This document shows positions 57,410-64,000 of a stretch of DNA of 64,000 nucleotides, piece after piece; the first letter of the stretch is position 1; each line of letters opens with the position of its first letter. The translations under genes and the position numbers were made by a program. Under the pieces are notes generated by a model that was given only the letters and a program-made list of their open reading frames with translations, was not told where the DNA came from and did not search any database. Origin of the DNA: Nitrososphaerota archaeon (GTDB lineage Archaea > Thermoproteota > Nitrososphaeria_A > Caldarchaeales > Calditenuaceae); the NCBI GenBank assembly GCA_033581555.1, contig JAVQSZ010000007.1, forward strand, positions 10,106 to 74,105. Reading direction: 5' to 3'.

Positions 57410-57883
57410 TCAGAGGACTCCTGATGATGTCCCCAGCTCACTCTGACCCCCTCCACCTATGGCCTCGACGAGCTCCTTCGGCAGGTCCCTGGACCTCATC
57501 TCCTTCGGGTCGACGCAGACGTAGGTTATCGAGCCGGCCGCGACCAGCTCGCCGTCCCTCAGGACCTCCCCCCTGAAGGTGACCGACCTCGCCCCGATCC
57601 TCTCGAGCCTAATCCCAACCTCAAGTAGGTCGTTCATCTTGAGAGGCCTCAGCATCCTGCACTGGTACTCCCCGGTCACGATGGTCCAATCGACGCTCCG
57701 GCCGCCGACCAGCATGTTCCCCCGCTCGTCGAACTCGAGTCCCCTCTCCCTCATGAAGTCCTGGACCGCGTCGTCGATCCACTCGACGTACTTCGGGAAG
57801 AAGACCCTCGTGGTGCAGTCGGTCTCCGCGAACCTCACCCTCCTCCTCGAGACGTGGAGGTAACCGGACCCCACGCCGTTCAC
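57410..57883 (-). CDS. Hotdog-fold acyl-CoA thioesterase (4HBT/YbgC-like)
   Basis: 157 aa. VSRRRVRFAETDCTTRVFFPKYVEW… matches the 4HBT family N-terminal region. Confidence 0.65.
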   Translation of the reverse strand: MNGVGSGYLHVSRRRVRFAETDCTTRVFFPKYVEWIDDAVQDFMRERGLEFDERGNMLVGGRSVDWTIVTGEYQCRMLRPLKMNDLLEVGIRLERIGARSVTFRGEVLRDGELVAAGSITYVCVDPKEMRSRDLPKELVEAIGGGGQSELGTSSGVL

Positions 57884-57912
57884 CGAGTCCCTGGAGGGAA
57901 TATGGGTTGCGG

Positions 57913-58995
57913 CTAGAACTCGGTCAGCGTCCTCTGACCCCTTGTCCTCACGAGGTCGTAGAGCCTCACCCCGGCCCTCCTCAGCCTCAGCCCCTGGACC
58001 TCGCCGAGCATCTCCGCGAAGAGCGACCTCAGGGCCCTCACTACCGGCTCCCTCTCCCTGTTCGGCCTCTGGAGGGTGAGGGACCTCGTGTAGGTCTTCA
58101 GGTCGGTCGATATCCCGATCGCGCCGACGCCCCGGTGCGCGAGCCCCTCCGCGTTCAGCCTCGTGATCAGGTCGTCGACCGGGGCCGAGAGCTGTCTGAG
58201 GATCTCCTCGACGTCGGAGCTGTCCCGCTTCAGCGTCACGATCCTGCTCAACTGCTTCCGCTCGGACCTCGGCGCGACGGGCTCGTCGTACTGGCCCCTG
58301 CTCGCGAGGTAGAGGTAAGTCCCGAGCGCCCTCCCGAACCTCTCCGTCAGGACCTGTGGGTCGGCCCTAGCGAGGTCCCCTACAGTCTCTATCCCCATCT
58401 CCTTCAGCCTGGCACCGACCTTCCTCCCGACAAACGGGAGCTCGGTCACCGGGAGGTCCCTGAGGAAGGACTCGACGTCGTCGGGCCTCACGACCATCAG
58501 GCCGTCGGGCTTGGACCTGTCGCAAGCGACCTTCGCGACCAGCTTGTTCGGCCCGATCCCCACCGAGCACTTGAGCCCGGTCGCGTCCCTCACCGCCCTC
58601 TTCATCTCCGCCCCCACCCTCTCCGCGCCCTCGAACCCTCCCGCGGCCTCGGTCACGTCCAGGAACGCCTCGTCGACGCTCACCACCTCCATCGCGCCCG
58701 AGAAAACCTCCAGCGCCTCGAAGGCCCTCCTCGAGAGCTCTAGGTAGTACGCCTTGTCGACCGGGAGGATCACCGCGTCCGCTCCCTTGAGCCTCTGGAC
58801 CGCCTCCCTGATCGGCATCCCGGCCTTCACGCCGAAGGACCTGGCCGCGTAGTTCGCCGACGCGACCGCGCCGCTCAGCTCGTCCCTCCCGGAGAAGACG
58901 CAGACTACGACCGGCCTCTTGGATATCTCGGGCCTCCTCAGCTCCTCCGCCTGCGCGAAGAAGTAGTCGACGTCGACGCAGGCTATCACCCTCAT
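57913..58995 (-). CDS. dinB: Y-family DNA polymerase IV (Dpo4/DinB)
   Basis: MRVIACVDVDYFFAQ…SVDEAFLDVT catalytic motifs. The likely start is the Met at 58995. The upstream 37 codons of the ORF are low-complexity. Confidence 0.88.
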   Translation of the reverse strand: MRVIACVDVDYFFAQAEELRRPEISKRPVVVCVFSGRDELSGAVASANYAARSFGVKAGMPIREAVQRLKGADAVILPVDKAYYLELSRRAFEALEVFSGAMEVVSVDEAFLDVTEAAGGFEGAERVGAEMKRAVRDATGLKCSVGIGPNKLVAKVACDRSKPDGLMVVRPDDVESFLRDLPVTELPFVGRKVGARLKEMGIETVGDLARADPQVLTERFGRALGTYLYLASRGQYDEPVAPRSERKQLSRIVTLKRDSSDVEEILRQLSAPVDDLITRLNAEGLAHRGVGAIGISTDLKTYTRSLTLQRPNREREPVVRALRSLFAEMLGEVQGLRLRRAGVRLYDLVRTRGQRTLTEF

Positions 58996-59050
58996 CCGGC
59001 TCTCCTCCGGTCCAGGAATCCTAATCACTCGGGGCCTGATAACGGGTGCC

Positions 59051-60295
59051 GTGCCCGACAAGGTCCTCGTCCTGATGCTCGACGGCCTCGGCGACAGGCC
59101 CTCCAAGGAGCTGGGACTGATGACGCCCCTCCAGGCCGCGAGGAAGGTCGCGCTGGACCTGATCGCCTCCGAGGGGATGACCGGGCTCCTCGACCCCTAC
59201 GCTCCCGGGGTGCCGGTCGGGAGTGACACCGGACACCTCTCGATACTCGGATACGACCCCAAGGCCTATTACACTGGCAGGGGCCCCCTCGAGGCGCTGG
59301 GCGCGGGCGTGGACCTGAGGCCCGGGGACGTCGCGTTCAGGGTGAACATGGCGACCGTCGACGACGACTGGAACCTCGTCGACAGGAGGGCCGGCAGGAT
59401 CTCGACGGAGGAGGCGAGGGAGCTGGGCAGGGCGGTCGCGGAGCTCGCTGAGGGCTTCGACTCGGTCCTCAAGTTCGAGTACCACCCAACCGTAGAGCAC
59501 AGGGGCGTCCTCGTGATCAGGGGGGAGCTGGCGTCTCCCTCGGTCACGGACGTCGACCCGCACAGGGAGGGCGTGCGGGTCCAGATGCCTAGGCCTACGG
59601 AAGGCACCAAGGCCGCGAGGGTCACCGCCGAGGAGCTCTCGAGGTTCCTGCTCAGGGCGAAGGAGGTCCTCGAGAGGCACCCGGTCAACTCCTCGAGGAG
59701 GCAGAGGGGCCTCAGCCCTGCCAACGCGATACTCCCGAGGGGCGGCGGCGTGATGCCGAGGCTCCCCTCGCTGGCCGAGAGGTACGGGATCAGGTCGGTC
59801 GTGATAGCGGGCGGCGCGCTCTACAGGGGGGTCTGCAGGGCCGCGGGGATGGACGTCAGGATCGTCCCGACCGCGACGGGAACCCTCAACACCGACCTCA
59901 GGGCGAAGTTCGAGGCCGCGGTCGACTCGCTGAGGGCCTACGACCTCGTCTTCCTCCACATCAAGGGCACCGACACCGCCTCTCACGACAGGAGGCCCGC
60001 GGTCAAGAGAGACTTCATCGAGCGGATCGACGGGGAGCTCCGGAGGCACCTCGACGCTGTCCTCACAGATGCCGTGGTCTGTGTGACCGGCGACCACACG
60101 ACTAGCTCCCTCGACGGGAGGCACCACGGCGACCCGGTCCCGGTCGCGATTGCCGGGGAGGGCGTGAGGAGGGACGACGTCGTCAGGTTCGACGAGGTCA
60201 ACTGCGGGAGAGGGTCGATGGGGAGGATGAGGGGCCTGGACTTGATGAACGTCCTGATGGACCTGATCGGCAGGGTCGAGATGTACGGAGAGTGA
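59051..60295 (+). CDS. apgM: 2,3-bisphosphoglycerate-independent phosphoglycerate mutase, archaeal type
   Basis: VLVLMLDGLGDRP N-terminus and metalloenzyme domain (…GDHTTSSLDGRHHGDPVPV). Confidence 0.88.
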   Translation: MPDKVLVLMLDGLGDRPSKELGLMTPLQAARKVALDLIASEGMTGLLDPYAPGVPVGSDTGHLSILGYDPKAYYTGRGPLEALGAGVDLRPGDVAFRVNMATVDDDWNLVDRRAGRISTEEARELGRAVAELAEGFDSVLKFEYHPTVEHRGVLVIRGELASPSVTDVDPHREGVRVQMPRPTEGTKAARVTAEELSRFLLRAKEVLERHPVNSSRRQRGLSPANAILPRGGGVMPRLPSLAERYGIRSVVIAGGALYRGVCRAAGMDVRIVPTATGTLNTDLRAKFEAAVDSLRAYDLVFLHIKGTDTASHDRRPAVKRDFIERIDGELRRHLDAVLTDAVVCVTGDHTTSSLDGRHHGDPVPVAIAGEGVRRDDVVRFDEVNCGRGSMGRMRGLDLMNVLMDLIGRVEMYGE

Positions 60296-60565
60296 CCCGA
60301 TGGGAGGGCGTGCGTCCGAAGGTCGGCTGACTCGCGAAGCGCTCTAATCGATGACACCGGCCGAACGATTGCGGAGTTCCCCCGAGGGCGCTGAGGGCTG
60401 ATGCCGATAACAGGCTACGCGAACTGGGGGCCGAATTCAAGGCGGAGACCGACAGGTCGCGGGCAGAGATCAGGGAGATGAGGGCGATCGTGCTGGGCGG
60501 GTTCATCGCGGTGATAGTCGCGTCCCGTCTCGTGGCGAAGAACTGAGGCAACGCTACCCATCCGA

Positions 60566-60787
60566 CTACTTCTCCCTCCTCCTGCGGGAGGGCCGCTCGG
60601 GGGCGAAGGCCTCCCTCACGAGCTCCGTCGTTTTACAGGAGTGGGCGACTTCTGCCTCGAACCTCGCCTCGAGGTAGAGGTCCCTGTCGATCACGCCGGA
60701 CTCGTAGAGGTCCCTAAGCTCCTTCACCCGCTCCGAGAGCCCAGAGGTCTCGGACTTGATCCGCGCGAGCCTCTCCCTCACGCTCAT
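60566..60787 (-). CDS. Small hypothetical protein (73 aa, helical, possible SHOCT-like C-terminus) whose stop overlaps the S19e start
   Basis: ATGA overlap with the downstream rps19e start suggests co-transcription. No confident family. Confidence 0.3.
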   Translation of the reverse strand: MSVRERLARIKSETSGLSERVKELRDLYESGVIDRDLYLEARFEAEVAHSCKTTELVREAFAPERPSRRRREK

Positions 60788-61203
60788 GAGCCCTTCAGGA
60801 TCCTATCGCAGAACTCCTCGACCAGCTCCCTTCCCTTCTCAGTCAGCACCCTGCCCTTGTTCCCCTGCTTAGTCACGAGGTTAGCGGCCTCGAGCTGCTG
60901 GAGGGCCTCCCTGATGACGCTCCCGCTCCCCGGGGCCGAGTGGGGCTTCCTGTGGCCCATCCGGTGCCTGTCGCTGTACTCCCTCCTCAGCCTCGAGACG
61001 CCTATCGGGCCCCTCAGGTAGAGCTTCCGGAGGAGCGAGGCGCACCTGACGTACCACCAGTCCGGGTCCGCGGGAGGTCTCTCCTTCGCGACGCCGGTCT
61101 TCGCGAACTTTGCCCACGGCGGCGGCGTCACCAGCTTCCTCTCCTTCAGGTACCTCGAGAGCTCCGAGATCAGCCTCCACGGCTCGACCAGCTTGACGCT
61201 CAA
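60784..61203 (-). CDS. rps19e: 30S ribosomal protein S19e
   Basis: 139 aa. …PPPWAKFAKTGVAKERPP…WYVRCASLLRKLYL…GSGSVIREALQQLE matches the S19e family. Confidence 0.8.
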   Translation of the reverse strand: MSVKLVEPWRLISELSRYLKERKLVTPPPWAKFAKTGVAKERPPADPDWWYVRCASLLRKLYLRGPIGVSRLRREYSDRHRMGHRKPHSAPGSGSVIREALQQLEAANLVTKQGNKGRVLTEKGRELVEEFCDRILKGS

Positions 61204-61238
61204 CCTGGAGGGCTTCGGGCAGGCCGGCTATTTGAGTG

Positions 61239-62129
61239 TCACACGCTGAGATAAGCTCCCAGGACGTACCTCCTGATCCAGTCCTTCGCGACCGCGTGGA
61301 GCGGGGCCTTGAGGGCCGACTCGTACTCCCTGATGACGATCTCCGCGATGGTGCCGTGGTCAAGCTTCTCGTCCTTAAGGGTCCTGATCTTCTCGAACCA
61401 GCTCCCGTAGAGGCTCAGCTCCTCCTCCCTCATCTCCTCGGTCGCGAGGTACGTGCCGTAGTGGGTTATCATGACCAGCTTCGCTCCGAGGTCGAAGATC
61501 CGGTCGATGCTCCTGAGGCCCTGCTCGACGTCGAACTTCGGCGGGACCGTGTCCGGGAGCGGGAAGCTGAAGAGCGGGCCCCTGGTCGCCAGGGCGTCCC
61601 CTGCGAGGACGTAGTTGTGCGGCATGAGCAGGTACGCGACGTGGTGGGGCGCGTGGCCCGGAGTGTAGATCGCCCTCAGCGTCACGCCCCCGACCTCTAT
61701 GTCCTCCTCGTCGGAGACCTCCGCCACCCTCGAAGGGTCCACCGGGTCCATCCCGCCCATCGCCTCGAAGTCCCTGGGCCTGAAGATGGACTTCGTCGCT
61801 TCGAGGAGCTTTGAAGGGTCCGCGAGGTGCCTGGAGCCCTTCGGGTGGACCAGCACCGTCGCGTTGGGGAAGTCCCTGACGAACTTCGGCGCGGCGCCGC
61901 AGTGGTCGAGGTGGACGTGGGTCAGAGCGACCACGCTCAGCTCCTCCCTCGTGACCCCAATCGCCTTCAGGGCCCTCAGGACCCTCTCGTACCTGGAGGC
62001 GTAACCTGTGTCGACGACGATCGCCTTTCCGTTAGTTTTGATGAGGAACGTCGCGTTGGTCCGGTCGTAGTAGAGGCCCCCGTTGTCGATGACGTAGACT
62101 CCCTTTCCGATGTGAGCCACTCCGTCCAT
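61239..62129 (-). CDS. Metallo-beta-lactamase-fold hydrolase
   Basis: THVHLDHCG (HxHxDH) motif and downstream His/Asp ligands. The likely start is the Met at about 62129 (MDGVAHIGKG), because the ORF-track N-terminus overlaps the rhodanese gene. Confidence 0.7.
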   Translation of the reverse strand: MDGVAHIGKGVYVIDNGGLYYDRTNATFLIKTNGKAIVVDTGYASRYERVLRALKAIGVTREELSVVALTHVHLDHCGAAPKFVRDFPNATVLVHPKGSRHLADPSKLLEATKSIFRPRDFEAMGGMDPVDPSRVAEVSDEEDIEVGGVTLRAIYTPGHAPHHVAYLLMPHNYVLAGDALATRGPLFSFPLPDTVPPKFDVEQGLRSIDRIFDLGAKLVMITHYGTYLATEEMREEELSLYGSWFEKIRTLKDEKLDHGTIAEIVIREYESALKAPLHAVAKDWIRRYVLGAYLSV

Positions 62130-62191
62130 ACCTCCCCTCGGCGACTCTACCCCAGAAATATAGGTTGAAGGAGCTCGCGACGGCCCCGAGT

Positions 62192-63031
62192 TCAGCGCTC
62201 TATCGGCATCCCGACCGCGTTGCCCCACTCGCTCCAGCTGCCGTCGTAGTTGCGGACCTTCGGGTAGTTCAGGAGGTGCTTCAGCACGAACCACGTCACC
62301 GAGGACCTCTCGCCGATCCTGCAGTAGACGATCACCTCCTTGTCAGGCGTGACGCCCGCGGACTCGTAGAGCCTCCTGAGCTCCTCTGAGCTCTTGAAGG
62401 TTCCGTCCTCGTTGAGGGCCTTACCCCACGGTATGTTGACCGCTCCGGGGATGTGGCCTCCGCGCTGGGCGTGCTCGGTCGGGTACTCCGGCGGCGCGAG
62501 GATCTTCCCGGTGAACTCGTCCGGAGACCTCACGTCGACCAGCGCGACCTGCGGGCTCCCGAGCCTCGTCCTGACGTCGTTCATGAAGACCCTGAACTCG
62601 TAGTTGACCCTGGTGACCCGGTACTGCGCCGGCGGATACGTCGGGACATCCTTCGTGAGCTCCCTCTCCTCCGCGATCCACTTCTTCCTCCCCCCGTCCA
62701 TCAGGCTGACCCTCTCGTGGTTGTAGAGCCTCATCACCCAGAACGCGAAGGCCGCGAACCAGTTGTTGAAGTCGCCGTAGAGGACGACGTGGGTCTCGTT
62801 CGAGATGCCGCTCCTCGACATCAGGGCCTCGAAGCCCTCCTTCGAGACGATGTTCCTCTCGAGCTGGTCGTTGATGTCCCTCTTCCAGTCCCAAAGGATC
62901 GCGCCCGGCACGTGCCCTTGATTGTACGCGGTCTGGGGGTCGTAGTCGACCTCGACGATCCTCACGTCGGGGTTCCTGAGGTTCCTCGCGACCCACTCGG
63001 TCGATACCAACGGTGGGATATGCGCGCTCAT
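62192..63031 (-). CDS. Two-domain rhodanese: thiosulfate/3-mercaptopyruvate sulfurtransferase (SseA-like)
   Basis: N-terminal inactive domain plus C-terminal catalytic domain with active-site CRIGERS. Confidence 0.85.
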   Translation of the reverse strand: MSAHIPPLVSTEWVARNLRNPDVRIVEVDYDPQTAYNQGHVPGAILWDWKRDINDQLERNIVSKEGFEALMSRSGISNETHVVLYGDFNNWFAAFAFWVMRLYNHERVSLMDGGRKKWIAEERELTKDVPTYPPAQYRVTRVNYEFRVFMNDVRTRLGSPQVALVDVRSPDEFTGKILAPPEYPTEHAQRGGHIPGAVNIPWGKALNEDGTFKSSEELRRLYESAGVTPDKEVIVYCRIGERSSVTWFVLKHLLNYPKVRNYDGSWSEWGNAVGMPIER

Positions 63032-63189
63032 ATCTCGGGCTTATTGCATACTAAGGGAGTTATATGAAAATGCTGGAGCTACTCGGCTGGTTGATCCGGG
63101 ACGGGGAGCGGACTTCCGGCGGCGGACTTCCATCGACGGAACGCGAGGGAATAACCTTATTAAGCGAGGATTATTAAAAGACGCTCGAG

Positions 63190-63426
63190 ATGCCGATCGC
63201 GTTCGTCCTGATCAACACCGAGATCGGGTCCGAGGAGGAGGTCCTTAGGAAGCTCCAGAGCATACCTGCGGTGAAGGAGGCCTACGCGGTCTACGGCGTC
63301 TACGACATCGTCGCGAAGGTCGAGGCGGAGAACATGGAGAAGCTGAAGGAGATCGTCTCGTGGAACATCAGGAGGCTCGAGAAGGTCAGGTCGACGCTGA
63401 CGATGCTCGTGATGAGCTCTACCTGA
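63190..63426 (+). CDS. Stand-alone AsnC-type RAM (ligand-binding) domain protein
   Basis: 78 aa. IAFVLINTEIGSEEEVLRKLQSIPAVKEAYAVYGVYDIVAKVEA matches the RAM-domain ACT-like fold. A TATA-like ATTATTAAAAG lies about 25 nt upstream. Confidence 0.55.
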   Translation: MPIAFVLINTEIGSEEEVLRKLQSIPAVKEAYAVYGVYDIVAKVEAENMEKLKEIVSWNIRRLEKVRSTLTMLVMSST

Positions 63427-63506
63427 GGAGCACCGAGCGCTCCGCGGACCTCCTTCGCGCTGAGTTGTGAGGTAAGCTTTTTGGGACAGAGCCAGCCGAT
63501 CAGCGC

Positions 63507-63836
63507 GTGAACGGTCTGGACATCAAAGTGTCGCCGCTCGCGGTCCAGAAGATGAAGGAGATACTGGAGGAGGCGGGCGGGTCGTTCGGGGTCAGGATCT
63601 TCGTCAGCGAGGGGTGTTGTGGTCCCGCGTACGGGCTGGCCCTCGACGACCAGGTCAACGGCGACGACCTCGTCATCAACGTCGACGGCGTCACGTTCAT
63701 CGTCGACAGCTTCTCCGCTGAGAGGCTCCAGGGTGTCGAGCTCGACTACGCGACCACGCCGTACGGCGAGGGGTTCGTCGTCAAGGGCGCGAGGCCTTCG
63801 GGAGGGCACAGCTGCTCCTGCGGTTGCGGCCACTGA
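63507..63836 (+). CDS. HesB/IscA-family Fe-S cluster insertion protein
   Basis: 109 aa. FVSEGCCGPAY…C-terminal SCSCGCGH Cys ligands. Confidence 0.7.
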   Translation: MNGLDIKVSPLAVQKMKEILEEAGGSFGVRIFVSEGCCGPAYGLALDDQVNGDDLVINVDGVTFIVDSFSAERLQGVELDYATTPYGEGFVVKGARPSGGHSCSCGCGH

Positions 63837-63859
63837 CCCGGCTCGGGCCAGGCGGAGAA

Positions 63860-64000
63860 CATGTCCTCGAGCCCAGAGGACCTCAAGGGGAAGAGGGCGC
63901 CGGACTTCGAGCTCCCAACCTCCGACGGAAGGACCTTCAAGCTCTCCGAGGCCCTGAAGTCCGGGAGGTATGTCGTCCTCTACTTCTACCCGATGGCCGA
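63860..64000 (+). CDS. Peroxiredoxin (AhpC/TSA/Bcp family), 5' fragment continuing beyond the window
   Basis: KGKRAPDFELPTSDGRTFKLSEALKSGRYVVLYFYP is the typical thioredoxin-fold peroxiredoxin N-terminus. Confidence 0.75.

Noticed and set aside
59021-60127. 368-aa minus-strand ORF opposite the phosphoglycerate mutase gene
   Set aside because: Antisense artefact. The apgM frame carries the conserved motifs.

Overview
This is a high-GC (about 65%) archaeal chromosomal segment, and most of it is housekeeping. The standout is an operon at 11065..13581 encoding a ubiquitin-like protein ending in Gly-Gly, an E2 with the UBC 'HPN...C' motif, a zinc-bearing E1-like enzyme and a translationally coupled 186-aa unknown protein. 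This is an Aigarchaeota/Caldiarchaeum-style ubiquitylation cassette, but it sits immediately downstream of tRNA-Ser(TGA), with no JAMM/Rpn11 or RING-finger gene in the window and a different fourth gene. Gene content overall suggests a TACK-type thermophile; that is inference.

The remaining content, by function:
- Replication and repair: probable gins23, then mcm, then hel308, tightly linked; FEN-1; Dpo4/DinB.
- RNA processing and translation: exosome genes rrp4-rrp41-rrp42 with GTGA overlaps; four tRNAs; small ribosomal protein genes (L40e, S25e, S19e); class-I LysRS; MetAP; deoxyhypusine synthase.
- Central metabolism: pgk-gap, phosphoglycerate mutase, ilvD, leuB-like, LeuA/CimA-family synthase, dihydrolipoamide acyltransferase E2, isopentenyl phosphate kinase.
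- Chaperones and proteases: dnaK-dnaJ, Cdc48, M42/TET peptidase.
- Membrane and energy: V-type H+-pyrophosphatase, A-ATPase subunit I, zinc ferredoxin, an orphan CoxM/CoxS pair, membrane cupredoxin.
- Sulfur handling: a MoeZ/MOCS3-type E1-rhodanese fusion, a two-domain rhodanese, IscA.

Second-look items:
- A FlaI/VirB11-family ATPase gene interrupted by an intein-like insertion and spread over three reading frames.
- A 200-bp AT-rich island beside it, with a perfect 13-bp direct repeat and two ATAGA-N3-TCTAT palindromes.
- Three tRNAs with apparent introns, at least one in a non-canonical position.
- An M42 peptidase ORF with no stop codon for about 450 nt past its domain.
- Several real small genes missing from the ORF track.

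Many long ORFs in the track are GC-driven antisense artefacts and were ignored. Hand-derived coordinates may be off by 1-2 nt.
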